This document shows positions 17,822-27,594 of a stretch of 43,137 nucleotides of DNA, one piece after another. The notes beneath the pieces were generated by a model. It was given only the letters and a program-made list of their open reading frames with translations. It was not told the DNA's origin and made no database searches. Both the position numbers and the translations under genes were made by a program. The first letter of the stretch is position 1. Each line of letters starts with the position of its first letter. The stretch is taken from positions 1 to 43,137 of IMG/VR virus record IMGVR_UViG_3300032024_000049. One strand, written 5' to 3'. The DNA is from a virus. Taxonomy: Duplodnaviria; Caudoviricetes.

Positions 17822-18576
17822 TGCCACTTATTCCATTCCCCAGCGTCCCCAAGCTGCCAGGCGTCCCGGCATTGCCGCGGTCGGCCAAGTTCCCCCCAAT
17901 CGTCCGGGCGGGCCTTGGTTTGCTGCAAGGGATGCTATGGCGCATTTTCCAAGTGCAAACCCGTTGGGGCATTTGGGACAGCAAGGGCAAGCCGCTTGGC
18001 GACCCGTCCAAGTTCACCGGCCTGATTGGCAACGCACTGGAAGCTGCCGGCCTGGGCTCCACGTTGTCCACCGGCTCCGTGGATTACTCCAAGGAAACCC
18101 GCGTAAGCGACTTCCCGCTTGAGCGGGGCAGCTTTGCGGCCTACAACAAGGTGGAAACCCCGGCGTCGCCGCAAGTGGTCCTTTGCATGCAGGGGAGCGA
18201 AAAGAGCCGCCGCACCTTCTTGGAAGCCGTCGACACCGCATGCAAGTCGACGGACCTTTACAGCGTGGTAACTCCGGAAGTGACCTATATCAACTACACG
18301 GTCGAACGGTACAACTACGCCCGCCACAATTCCAAGGGCGCGACCCTGCTGATTGTGGAAATCACCCTTAAGGAAATCCGCCAGGTATCGGCGCTTTACA
18401 CCACGTCCAACAAAGGGCAAGTCGACAAGCCGAAGGAAGCCGGCGCCACGCCGCAAGCTGATAATGGCAAGGTGCAGGCCCAAACGCCCAAGCCTTCGAC
18501 CCTCAAGAGCATTGCCAACAAATTGCCGGGCCTCGCTGAAAAGGCCAGCAACTATCTTCAAGGGCTGGTGAACTGA
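17821..18576 (+). CDS. Baseplate/tube initiator protein
   Basis: SDFPLERGSFAAYNKV..P and YSVVTPE motifs; follows the tape measure. Confidence 0.8.
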   Translation: MPLIPFPSVPKLPGVPALPRSAKFPPIVRAGLGLLQGMLWRIFQVQTRWGIWDSKGKPLGDPSKFTGLIGNALEAAGLGSTLSTGSVDYSKETRVSDFPLERGSFAAYNKVETPASPQVVLCMQGSEKSRRTFLEAVDTACKSTDLYSVVTPEVTYINYTVERYNYARHNSKGATLLIVEITLKEIRQVSALYTTSNKGQVDKPKEAGATPQADNGKVQAQTPKPSTLKSIANKLPGLAEKASNYLQGLVN

Positions 18577-18884
18577 TGCAAACCGTACCCCTGCAGCCCG
18601 TGCCGTCCCAATCGACCAAAGTTGTTTTGGGCGGCCAGAATTGCCAAATTTTCATTTACCAAAAGCCGCAAGGTTGCTTTGTTGATATCAACGCGGACGG
18701 CGTCGACATTGTTGTCGGCATCATCGGCCGCAATGCGGTCCCGCTGGTTTGCCGTGAATACACCGGCTTTATTGGCAATCTGATTTTCATTGACACGCAA
18801 GGTAGCGACGACCCCAGCTATGAAGGTTTGGGGGACCGTTGGACGCTGGTTTATTTGACGGCAGAAGAATATGCCCTCATTTGA
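18576..18884 (+). CDS. Baseplate protein
   Basis: VPLQPVPSQ...F.D..G..DP...GLG.RW.L.Y; synteny. Confidence 0.8.
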   Translation: MQTVPLQPVPSQSTKVVLGGQNCQIFIYQKPQGCFVDINADGVDIVVGIIGRNAVPLVCREYTGFIGNLIFIDTQGSDDPSYEGLGDRWTLVYLTAEEYALI

Positions 18885-19743
18885 CAACAAGAAGCAATTA
18901 CGCTTCGTCGTCACGTTGGGAACGGGGAAGTTCGGGTCGTCCAACAATGACACAATCACGCTGCAGGGCTTCCGCGCAACCGCGGACATTGACAAGGCTG
19001 GCGGCATGATGATGGGCACGCTACGCGCCAAAATCTACGGCGTGAAGCAAGCGGACATGAACAGCGTTACGACGCTGCAATGGAAGCCGGGAAGCCGCAT
19101 AGCGAACACCGTCGAAGTCTTCGCAATCGACGGGGCCGCTGAAACTTTGGTCTTTGCCGGCAACATCGTCAACGCTTGGGGCGACTATCAGAACATGCCC
19201 GACGTCTTCCTTCACATTCAGGCGCAAGCGTGCTTCTTCAATGGCCTGCAAGCGGTTCAACCTTTGAGCATCAAAGGGGGCGTCGACGTTGCTGTGGTCA
19301 TGGCCCGAATCGCCAAAGACATGGGCCTTGTTTTTGAAAATAATAATGTAAGCGTCATGCTAACCGACGTCTACGTGGCAAACACTCTCAAAGAGCAGGC
19401 GCTAGAACTGGCGCGTGCCGCAAATTTCTCGCTGTACATCGACGACAAGGTGCTGGCGATAACCAATAAATACGCCCCGCGCAAGGGGATTATTCCAGAA
19501 ATCTCCGCGCAATCTGGGCTTGTTGGGTATCCTACTTTTGACGGCATCGGCGTCAACTTCCAAACGCTATTTAATCCCGCCATCACCTTCGGTGGCTCTA
19601 TCAAATTGGTAAGCGATTTACCTCAAGCCGCTGGGGAATGGATTGTTACGTCGGTCGCCCATAGGCTTGAATCTGAGAAGCCGGGCGGAGCTTGGTTCTC
19701 AACAATCCGGGGTAACGCTAATGGCCTCGCCATCTACAGATAA
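18871..19743 (+). CDS. Baseplate hub protein
   Basis: 290 aa; GLVGYPT motif; synteny. Confidence 0.8.
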   Translation: MPSFDNKKQLRFVVTLGTGKFGSSNNDTITLQGFRATADIDKAGGMMMGTLRAKIYGVKQADMNSVTTLQWKPGSRIANTVEVFAIDGAAETLVFAGNIVNAWGDYQNMPDVFLHIQAQACFFNGLQAVQPLSIKGGVDVAVVMARIAKDMGLVFENNNVSVMLTDVYVANTLKEQALELARAANFSLYIDDKVLAITNKYAPRKGIIPEISAQSGLVGYPTFDGIGVNFQTLFNPAITFGGSIKLVSDLPQAAGEWIVTSVAHRLESEKPGGAWFSTIRGNANGLAIYR

Positions 19744-20521
19744 GCAGCAAATTCCCGACGGTACTCTCGCTCCGCAAAGCACTTGGGGTGAATTCAACAA
19801 TATAGCCTTCATGGTGCAACAGGCGCTAGGGAAGATGCAAACCGCGACCCTGGTCCGCATTGAGTCTTGCACGAACGCGGGCGGCCTGTCCCCCGTGGGC
19901 TATGTCGACGTCACGCCGCTGGTCAACCAGCTTGACGGCCAGGGCAACCCGACGCCCCATGTGACAATTTACAACGTGCCCTATTTCCGGCTGCAGGGCG
20001 GCACCAATGGCATCATCATTGACCCGCAAAAAGGGGACATAGGCGTCGCCGTCTTCGCGTCCCGTGACATTTCGCAAGTCAAGTCGACCAAGAAGCAAGG
20101 CAACCCCGGGAGCCATCGCCAATACAGTTTTGCCGACGGCATGTACCTTGGCGGCATGCTCAACGGCACCCCGACGCAATATATCCAATTCAGTACCGCC
20201 GGCATCCGCATTCATTCCCCGACCCGGGTCAAGATCGACGCCCCCGACGTGCTTATTGAAGCGCAAACGGTGGAAATTAACGCCAGCACGTCAACCACGG
20301 TAACGACGCCAACTTTCACGGTAAACGGGGCGACCGTGCTTAATGGTCCGCTTACCCAAGGCGCGGGCGACGGCGGGGGTGCCGCAACTATGCAAGGTCC
20401 GTTGCATGTTATCGAAGACGTTACGGTCGACGCCGATGTTGTGGCATCCGGCACAAGCCTTCATAATCACGTTCACGGGGGAGTTCAACCCGGGGGCGGT
20501 AACACAGAGGCGCCAGTATGA
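19721..20521 (+). CDS. Baseplate spike (gpV/Gp138-like)
   Basis: VPYFRLQGG...P..GD.G..VFASRDI; C-terminal HNHVHGGV metal-binding tip. Confidence 0.88.
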   Translation: MASPSTDKQQIPDGTLAPQSTWGEFNNIAFMVQQALGKMQTATLVRIESCTNAGGLSPVGYVDVTPLVNQLDGQGNPTPHVTIYNVPYFRLQGGTNGIIIDPQKGDIGVAVFASRDISQVKSTKKQGNPGSHRQYSFADGMYLGGMLNGTPTQYIQFSTAGIRIHSPTRVKIDAPDVLIEAQTVEINASTSTTVTTPTFTVNGATVLNGPLTQGAGDGGGAATMQGPLHVIEDVTVDADVVASGTSLHNHVHGGVQPGGGNTEAPV

Positions 20522-20877
20522 CCCGATACAATACTTTGCTCTTGGATCAATCGGCCTGGGATTTGGTCATAGACAGCGCCGGCAATATCGCCATGGCGAC
20601 GCCCCCTTACGCCCTGGCCCAAGACGTTGCAAGCGCCGTGCGGCTGTTCCTGGGGGAACTTTGGTACAACACGCCCAAGGGCATCCCGTACTTTGAAGAC
20701 GTGCTTGGACACTTGCCGCCGCTGTCATTGCTTACGGGCTACATGGAACAGGCGGCGTTGACGGTTCCCGGCGTCGTGTCGGCACAGGTTATAATCTCAG
20801 AATTCTCAGGCCGTGAGATTCGCGGCCAGGTCCAATTTATTGACGAAACGGGGGCCGCAAGTGGCATTTCCTTCTAG
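20518..20877 (+). CDS. Baseplate wedge subunit (gp25/gpW-like)
   Basis: WDL..D..GNIA...AQDVASA..LF.GE.WY...G.PY. Confidence 0.82.
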   Translation: MTRYNTLLLDQSAWDLVIDSAGNIAMATPPYALAQDVASAVRLFLGELWYNTPKGIPYFEDVLGHLPPLSLLTGYMEQAALTVPGVVSAQVIISEFSGREIRGQVQFIDETGAASGISF

Positions 20878-22078
20878 CGTGCCAAAAATTCAGTTTACGC
20901 CCGCAGGTTTGGTTATCCCGGCGGAAACTGACATTTTAGCCGGCGTGCAAGCCGACATGAATGCTGCGTTTGGCGGCGGCCTGAATCCGGGCCTTGAAAC
21001 TCCCCAAGGGCAACTTGCTTCCAGCCAAGCCGCGGTAATCGGGGATAAGAACAGCGAAGTCGCCCTTATCGTTAATCAGGTGGACCCGCAATATTCCGCC
21101 GACCGCTTCCAAGATGCCATTGGCCGTATTTACTTTTTGACTCGTAAGCCGGCCACGCCGACCGTCGTCACGGCCACGCTTGGCGGCATCGCTGGCACCG
21201 TCATTCCCGCGGGCACCTTCGCCCAAGACACCGACGGCAATACCTACGCTTTGAGCGGCGACGCAACCATCGGCATTGCCGGCACGGTTGACGCGGACTT
21301 CCAGAATGTCCAAACCGGCCCCATTCCACGCGCCGCTGGCACGCTTACGTCGGTCTATCAGGCAATCCCGGGTTGGGACACCATCACCAATGCAACCGAC
21401 GGCACCATGGGTTCCAACGTGGAAAGCCGGGCCGACTTTGAATACCGCCGCCGCAATTCGGTTGCCCTCAACGGCAAGGGGACGCCCCAAGCGATTTACG
21501 CCGAAGTTTTCGACCTGCTTGACGTTCTCGACGTCTATGTCAAAGACAACCCCAGCGGAAACACGGTCAACACCGGCCCCACGAATTACCCAATTTTGCC
21601 CCATTCCATCTATGTGGCCGCCGTGGGCGGTACGGACGCCGAAGTCGCCGCCGCCATATGGCGTAAAAAGGACGTTGGTTGTGATTACAACGGCAATACG
21701 TCCGTAATTATCGTGGACGACTCCGGCTACAGCTACCCCCAGCCGACCTATACCGTCAAGTTTGAACGCCCCGCCGCCTTGCCGGTACTCTTCGCCGTGA
21801 GCTTGGTCAACGACCCTTCGTTGCCTTCGGATATCGTGCAGCGCATCAAAGCTGCCATCATTGCCCGATTCAACGGCAACGACGGGACCGTGCGGGAGCA
21901 CATAGGGGCACTTATCCTTGCAAGCCGATATTATGGCGCTGTCGTCGCCGTGGCGCCCAATGTGTCACTTATCAGCGTCTTGATTGGGACCGTTACGGCC
22001 ACATTGAGCCAGATTACCGTCGGCATTGACCAAAAGCCGACCTTGTCCGCCGCCGACATTGCCGTTACGCTAGTCTAG
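20861..22078 (+). CDS. Baseplate J-like wedge protein
   Basis: GTG start; TPQGQLA, G..QDAIGRIYFL.R and ESRADFE.RR motifs. Confidence 0.88.
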   Translation: MAFPSSVPKIQFTPAGLVIPAETDILAGVQADMNAAFGGGLNPGLETPQGQLASSQAAVIGDKNSEVALIVNQVDPQYSADRFQDAIGRIYFLTRKPATPTVVTATLGGIAGTVIPAGTFAQDTDGNTYALSGDATIGIAGTVDADFQNVQTGPIPRAAGTLTSVYQAIPGWDTITNATDGTMGSNVESRADFEYRRRNSVALNGKGTPQAIYAEVFDLLDVLDVYVKDNPSGNTVNTGPTNYPILPHSIYVAAVGGTDAEVAAAIWRKKDVGCDYNGNTSVIIVDDSGYSYPQPTYTVKFERPAALPVLFAVSLVNDPSLPSDIVQRIKAAIIARFNGNDGTVREHIGALILASRYYGAVVAVAPNVSLISVLIGTVTATLSQITVGIDQKPTLSAADIAVTLV

Positions 22079-22080
22079 CC

Positions 22081-22740
22081 ATGATTAACGTCGAAGACAC
22101 CATAATTAGCCAATACGGAAATACCGCGACCATTTCGCAATTGGTCCGGAATATGAATCAATATTTAGACCCGCGGGCGGACTTCGACGCATTTTACGAC
22201 TTCGTGTGGAACGTGGAAACGGCCCAAGGTTTCGGCCTCGATATTTGGGGGCGAATAGTCAACGTATCGCGGGAACTGACAATTAACGCGCAACAAAGTT
22301 ACTTCGGATTTAGCGACGCTTTGCCTGGCTCGTTCCCATTTGACGAAGCCCCATTTTATGATGGTACTCCCGGGTCGACCCAAACTTACCGCTTGGCTGA
22401 CGACGCCTATCGCAAATTGATTTTGACCAAGGCGTTGACCAATATTTCAACCAGCGACGCTCCCTCGCTCAATCAGCTTTTGCAAAATATGTTCGGGGAC
22501 CGCGGGCGCTGCTACGTCAACGACCTGGGCGGCATGCAGATTCGGTACACGTTTGAGTTCTTACTTACCGACTACGAATACGCTATCATGACTCAATCCG
22601 GAGCCATCCCGCGCCCGGCTGGGGTTGGCGGTTCGATCATTACCACCGACGCCCCGGTTTTCGGATTTTCCGAAGCGGCGGCGGCTCCATTCGACCAAGC
22701 TCCATTTATTCAAGAGGGTGCCACTCATGCAATTATCTAA
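22081..22740 (+). CDS. Baseplate wedge protein (DUF2612-like)
   Basis: SQY...TAQGFGLDIWGRIV...PRPAGV. Confidence 0.87.
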   Translation: MINVEDTIISQYGNTATISQLVRNMNQYLDPRADFDAFYDFVWNVETAQGFGLDIWGRIVNVSRELTINAQQSYFGFSDALPGSFPFDEAPFYDGTPGSTQTYRLADDAYRKLILTKALTNISTSDAPSLNQLLQNMFGDRGRCYVNDLGGMQIRYTFEFLLTDYEYAIMTQSGAIPRPAGVGGSIITTDAPVFGFSEAAAAPFDQAPFIQEGATHAII

Positions 22741-25174
22741 CACGCCGGGCAAGCTACTTTTGCCGTTCGCCGCCGATGGGACTAAAAACGCAATCCCGGT
22801 CGACTCCCAAATTGGCATTGTGGCCGGCAAAGCGTCGCTTGCTGACGGCTTTCCGCCGCTGACGCGCACCCCCTTGTCGGCCGGCGGCGTTCCGCCTTCT
22901 GGCTTGGACATGAACGGTATTTTGTTTGAAATGTCGGACGTTATCCGCTGGGCAAATGCTGGGGGCGGTTACGCTTACGACGCCGCTTTCGCTACCGACA
23001 CCAACGTCGGCGGATACCCCAAAGGCGCCCGCGTCATGCGTTCCGACGGCTTGGGTTATTGGTTCAATACGGTCGATAACAACGAAACCGACCCCGAAGT
23101 GGCAGGGGCCGCCGCCGCAGGCTGGGTTCCTGACTTCACCAGCGGAGCGACTGCTATCGCAATGACGAACGCAAACGTTACGCTAACGCCGCCCCAATAC
23201 GGCAAGCCGACGATTGTTATCAGCGGAATCCTGACCACTAATTTAAATTTGATTTTTCCGAGCATCGCGGGACATTGGAACATCATCAACAATACGACGG
23301 GCAATTTCACCATTACTGCAAAGACATTGGCGGGAACGGGCGTCGCTGTAATTCCCGGCTTCATCGGGTCAATATTCGGCGACGGCGTGAATATATCCGG
23401 CCGACTGGCTGACGTTAGCGGCCCATTGGGCGATACGCTTGTCGGCCACACGGGGAGCGGTTCGGTTGTAACTACCGTCGCCGCTCAACTTCAATTACTG
23501 TCACGGGTTACTGTTTATCTGAAAAGCACGAATACCGCGGCTCAAAACAAAGCGGCGTTCCTTACAGCTATCGCCAGTTTGACGCGCCCGAGTAAGCTAC
23601 TTTTGCCGGACGGGTTCTATGAGTGCGCCCCGGGCATTGACCTTGGTACACTGGTTGTATCCATTGAGGGCGGCGGCAAATATGGAACGTACCTTAGCAA
23701 TTCAGCGGCAACCGCGGCGACTTATTTCTTTGGCGTTGCCGATGCGACGCTAATGGAATATTTGCGTTTTTCTGAATTTGGCATTGACTGCGGGGGCGCG
23801 GTATTGCACGGATTTCGCTTGGCTAAATGCAACCATTCCAAATTCGGCGAACTACTAGTGACTGGCGCAAGCGCAAGCGCCATGTATATTGGCGGCTATT
23901 CAAACGACTTTGTCGAAAACGATATATTTGTAAATGCCGGCAGCGGCATGTATCTAACCGGGACGTTAAATAACGTGGACGTTACCCGGAATCGGATTTA
24001 TGCAAATGACGGAATCGGCATTATTCTTGGTAGCACGGACGCCGACGCCGGCCTGTCAATTTCAATCCATGACGGTAACGCAATTGAAGCCAACAAAATT
24101 GCCGGCATCATCGCATTCAATACCAAGGGGCTGAATATCCGCGGCAATTACTTTGAACGGAACGGGGCGACCGGATATCCTTATAGCGTTCCAGAATCAA
24201 TAGTAATTCGAGCCGACATTCATTTACTTTCAGCCGATGATTTTCGAATCGGGAATAACGACACCTATTCCAACAAGTCCCCGATTATAAGCGGAAACCA
24301 AGCGGCGGCGATTGGCGTCGGAACGGCTTTGCCAAATATGGACGGCTTTATTTTCACGTCGCATGCTGACAACTTGCGCGTCGAAAATAACGAAATGTTT
24401 GACGCAACTAAAATTAATGCTCTGGTTTCATGTTACGCAAACCGCACTTATTCCAAGATTACCGGCGGAATGTCACTTTCTGGAAACACCACGGACAGCG
24501 TCGGTTACATTGGGACCGTTAGCGCCGCTACTCAATGCTTGGCTACACAGCACTTTGTCGACAATCAGGAACTTCCCGAAATCGTCAATTATGCAGAACC
24601 AAATTTTCTTGCCTGGATTATTTTTGACGGCACGGCGGGAACTTTGGTGCGCGCCTCGAATGCTTATTTAGGGCTTCCGGTTTTCCAACTCACCGACGGC
24701 GACTTTCAGTGGGGATTCGGAGTCGACACCAATATAAACCCGGAATTGCTGGGCAAGTGGGTTTATTTCGGCATGTGGGTTAACACGCAAGGCGGTAACA
24801 CAAATGCCCGACTTTTCATTTCGGGCAATTCTAGTTCCGGTGCGACTGACTTTGACGCGACGTCGACCTGGAAATTCAAGAGTACTCTTTTGCAAATTTC
24901 CAATACTCCCGGCGTCACCTATTTCGGAGTAAAGAAAGTCGGAACTGGCGTACCCGTGTTGCTCTGCAATCCGGTTGTCAGTGTGGTCGGTGGGGCGTAC
25001 AACCAACACCGACCACAAGTACCCGTGTGGAAGCGGGGGGCGGCACCAACGACGGGCACTTGGAAACTAGGGGACCGTGTTTTTAACGTCACACCGGCCG
25101 TCGGACAGCCTAAATCATGGATTTGCACGGTCGCCGGTACGCCGGGAACTTGGGTAAGTGAGGGGAATTTATAA
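22727..25174 (+). CDS. Tail fibre/tailspike with beta-helix (putative depolymerase) domain
   Basis: N-terminal anchor GFPPLT..P..AGG.PP.G.DMNG.L and GGYPKGA; Asn/Gly-rich beta-helix repeats; C-terminal WKLGDRV.N..P..G...WIC...GTPGTW. Confidence 0.88.
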   Translation: MQLSNTPGKLLLPFAADGTKNAIPVDSQIGIVAGKASLADGFPPLTRTPLSAGGVPPSGLDMNGILFEMSDVIRWANAGGGYAYDAAFATDTNVGGYPKGARVMRSDGLGYWFNTVDNNETDPEVAGAAAAGWVPDFTSGATAIAMTNANVTLTPPQYGKPTIVISGILTTNLNLIFPSIAGHWNIINNTTGNFTITAKTLAGTGVAVIPGFIGSIFGDGVNISGRLADVSGPLGDTLVGHTGSGSVVTTVAAQLQLLSRVTVYLKSTNTAAQNKAAFLTAIASLTRPSKLLLPDGFYECAPGIDLGTLVVSIEGGGKYGTYLSNSAATAATYFFGVADATLMEYLRFSEFGIDCGGAVLHGFRLAKCNHSKFGELLVTGASASAMYIGGYSNDFVENDIFVNAGSGMYLTGTLNNVDVTRNRIYANDGIGIILGSTDADAGLSISIHDGNAIEANKIAGIIAFNTKGLNIRGNYFERNGATGYPYSVPESIVIRADIHLLSADDFRIGNNDTYSNKSPIISGNQAAAIGVGTALPNMDGFIFTSHADNLRVENNEMFDATKINALVSCYANRTYSKITGGMSLSGNTTDSVGYIGTVSAATQCLATQHFVDNQELPEIVNYAEPNFLAWIIFDGTAGTLVRASNAYLGLPVFQLTDGDFQWGFGVDTNINPELLGKWVYFGMWVNTQGGNTNARLFISGNSSSGATDFDATSTWKFKSTLLQISNTPGVTYFGVKKVGTGVPVLLCNPVVSVVGGAYNQHRPQVPVWKRGAAPTTGTWKLGDRVFNVTPAVGQPKSWICTVAGTPGTWVSEGNL

Positions 25175-25431
25175 TGGACCAGCAACAACTATTTAACGTT
25201 CTTTTTGCCATTGTCGGCGTACTTGGTGGCTGGTGGATGAAGGCCATGTGGGAAGCCGTCAAGTCACTGGAACATGCGGACAAGGCGTTAAGCAATCAAG
25301 TCGGTGAACTGCGGGTGCTAGTGGCCGGCGGCTATGTCAAAACGGAACAATTTGAATCCCATTCGAAGGCGATATTTTCAAAACTCGACCGAATCGAAGA
25401 CAAATTGGACAACAAAGTCGACAAACCGTAG
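25174..25431 (+). CDS. Single-TM lysis-region protein (holin/antiholin-like)
   Basis: N-terminal TM followed by a coiled coil (KLDRIEDKLD); directly upstream of the lysin. Confidence 0.65.
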   Translation: MDQQQLFNVLFAIVGVLGGWWMKAMWEAVKSLEHADKALSNQVGELRVLVAGGYVKTEQFESHSKAIFSKLDRIEDKLDNKVDKP

Positions 25432-25442
25432 GAGAATCCGGC

Positions 25443-26384
25443 ATGAAACCGCTTATTCGACACCGTTCCTTGTTCCTGTTCGGGGGTGCTATCTTGGCCG
25501 CCCTGGCGTCCTTTTGGACTGACCCGGACGCCAACGGCTTGTCGACCCTCTTGGGCGGCCTGGCGCTCATTCAAGGCATTTGGGCCGTGGCCGCCAGCCA
25601 TTGGGCACGCAAGGCCCTGACGGACTACCCGGAAGCCGACCAACGCCGCTTGTTTGCCAAGGCCGCGGAAGACCCCGTCGGCGCCGGGCTTGCGCTTATT
25701 GCCCTGGCAATCACGTTTGTCGGGCTGCTGCTGGTCTTTGCGCCCCGTGCCCATGCTGACACCTTGCCGGCCGGCTTCATCACGTATGGCCCCGTTCTGA
25801 AAGCCGAACAGGCCAAATATTGGGCCGACCATCCGGACCCGGCAATTTTGGCCGCCCTGGTTGAGCAAGAGTCGTGCGCCAGCTTGAAGTCGCCGCGATG
25901 TTGGAACCCGGCCGCCCGGCTCAAATCGGCACGCGAAGAGGGCGCCGGCATGGGGCAGATTACGCGGGCTTACCGTGCCGACGGCTCCTTGCGCTTTGAC
26001 GCCCTGGCGGGGCTCCGGGGCCAGTACGGCGCGGACTTGGCCGGCTTGTCTTGGGATACCGTCTATCAGCGCCCCGACCTGCAATTGCGGGCCTTGGTTC
26101 TCATGTCCCGGGATTCCGCCCGAACGTTTCGCGGGGCGCCCGCCTGGTTGGCGTTCGGGGATGCTGGCTATAACGGCGGCGTCGCTGGTGCCCAAAAGGA
26201 GCGCCGGGCCTGCAAGCTGTCCACCGGCTGTGACCCGGGCCAATGGTTTGGGCATGTGGAAGCGCATTGCCTCAAGTCCCGGCAACCCATTTACGACAAC
26301 CGTTCGGCGTGTGACATTAACCGGGAGCATGTCCGCAATGTGCTTTTGTTACGCCGGGCGAAGTATGTCGGGGTCATGTCATGA
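25443..26384 (+). CDS. Endolysin (lytic transglycosylase) fused to an N-terminal 3-TM membrane domain
   Basis: Three hydrophobic segments in the first ~100 aa; EQES catalytic motif, GAGMGQIT, YNGG. Confidence 0.85.
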   Translation: MKPLIRHRSLFLFGGAILAALASFWTDPDANGLSTLLGGLALIQGIWAVAASHWARKALTDYPEADQRRLFAKAAEDPVGAGLALIALAITFVGLLLVFAPRAHADTLPAGFITYGPVLKAEQAKYWADHPDPAILAALVEQESCASLKSPRCWNPAARLKSAREEGAGMGQITRAYRADGSLRFDALAGLRGQYGADLAGLSWDTVYQRPDLQLRALVLMSRDSARTFRGAPAWLAFGDAGYNGGVAGAQKERRACKLSTGCDPGQWFGHVEAHCLKSRQPIYDNRSACDINREHVRNVLLLRRAKYVGVMS

Positions 26385-26893
26385 ACCGCCTTGTCGGCAT
26401 GATTACGGGCAATCCCGGCTTGCTGTTTTGGCTGGTAATTGCAGCGTTCGTCATTGGTATGGGCTCCGGCGGTTCCGCGGCCTGGTGGGCACAAGGGCTA
26501 CGCCTCGACGCCGTGCAAGCTGAATACGACGGCTTTGTTGCCACAACCAAGGCCGAAGGGGAAGCCGCAAAGAAGCTGGCGGACGCTACGGCCGCCGAAG
26601 ATAAACGGAAAAAGGAGAGTTCCGACCATGAATATCAAACAACTATTGCCGGCCTTAATGCTGACGTTAAGCGCATGCGCGACGCCCGTGCCGGTAGCCG
26701 TTTCATGCCCGCCGCCCCCGCCGGCTCCCGACGTGTTGACCTTGCCTGTTTCGACCGGGCCGAGCTTGAGCGAACGTTACGAGACTTTGATACAGCAATT
26801 CAAGGACTCGTTGACCAAGGCAGCGCGGACGCCGTAGGGCTCAACGTGGCCCGCTCTTGGGCTGCTGGCATTCGTCCCGATACGTCCCATTGA
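26381..26893 (+). CDS. Inner-membrane spanin (Rz-like)
   Basis: N-terminal TM plus coiled coil; follows the endolysin. Confidence 0.82.
   Translation: MNRLVGMITGNPGLLFWLVIAAFVIGMGSGGSAAWWAQGLRLDAVQAEYDGFVATTKAEGEAAKKLADATAAEDKRKKESSDHEYQTTIAGLNADVKRMRDARAGSRFMPAAPAGSRRVDLACFDRAELERTLRDFDTAIQGLVDQGSADAVGLNVARSWAAGIRPDTSH
26628..26837 (+). CDS. Outer-membrane lipoprotein spanin (Rz1-like), embedded in Rz in the +1 frame
   Basis: AGGAG RBS; MNIKQLLPALMLTLSAC lipobox; Pro-rich CPPPPPAP. Confidence 0.85.
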   Translation: MNIKQLLPALMLTLSACATPVPVAVSCPPPPPAPDVLTLPVSTGPSLSERYETLIQQFKDSLTKAARTP

Positions 26894-27023
26894 AGTCGGG
26901 CCAATAACCCGCCTTGACCATTTCGCAATAGCGTTCCTGTTCGGCTTGCTGGTCTTCGTAATCCATTTGACCGGCAAGCCCGAATAGCCCCAGCAGGGTC
27001 AGCAGTACGACGGTCGTCTTCAT
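26841..27023 (-). CDS. Small membrane-anchored phage protein
   Basis: Hydrophobic N-terminus; DYED..E..YCEMV..G.WPD motif; ATGA-type overlap with the upstream gene. Confidence 0.7.
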   Translation of the reverse strand: MKTTVVLLTLLGLFGLAGQMDYEDQQAEQERYCEMVKAGYWPDFNGTYRDECQQPKSGPR

Positions 27024-27487
27024 AGTTCCACCCTATCCAAAAATAAACGGTAAGCCGCCTGCATGCCGGCCCTGTGGCCGCCATTGGCCTGGTAAGTCTT
27101 GACCATTTCGGCCGCCACGTCTTCCGGGAGCTTGTCGGGGAACCTGGCCGGTTCGCGGGGCTTCGCTTCAAACTTCACGGACTCTTTGACCGCTTTAAGC
27201 CGCCGGTCAACCTTGCGGCACTCCGGCGGCTCCGGGTCGTTCGTGTCCCAAGTGAGCCCGCACGGGGCGCACATCATTTGGTCGCCGTATTGGCGGGCCT
27301 GGCAAGCGTGGCGCTTCATCGCGGGTTCGGCGTCGATCCAGTCGCTGTAGCCACGATCTGCGACCAATCGGTTTGCAACATCGTGCATTTGCTCTTGGCC
27401 ATCGAATATTCGTGATTGCGACGGAACCGGCCACGGGTCGCAGCACATCAGCAAGTCAAGAAAAGCGCGGAATTCCATGTTGTTCAT
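27020..27487 (-). CDS. Apparent fusion: cassette-borne N-terminus (MNNMEF..WIDA) joined to a Zn-finger phage protein (MKRHAC.., 27319-27020)
   Basis: AGGAG RBS before 27487; internal Met at 27319 begins CQARQYGDQMMC..CGL.WD.ND..PP.C. Confidence 0.6.
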   Translation of the reverse strand: MNNMEFRAFLDLLMCCDPWPVPSQSRIFDGQEQMHDVANRLVADRGYSDWIDAEPAMKRHACQARQYGDQMMCAPCGLTWDTNDPEPPECRKVDRRLKAVKESVKFEAKPREPARFPDKLPEDVAAEMVKTYQANGGHRAGMQAAYRLFLDRVEL

Positions 27488-27511
27488 TTCAATCTCCTGT
27501 AGTAAAAACCC

Positions 27512-27594
27512 GCATAACACAGCGGTCGATGTCGCGCTTCGCGCTGGACCTTCGGCAACTGGCGTTGCCTCGGCCCATCACCTAAGCGTTAGAA
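27512..27594 (+). mobile_element. Integron attC-like site 1 (83 bp)
   Basis: R'' GCATAAC, 5 nt, L'' GGTCGATG (one extra base), hairpins including GGCAAC/GTTGCC, L' CATCACC, 5 nt, R' GTTAGAA. Confidence 0.8.
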
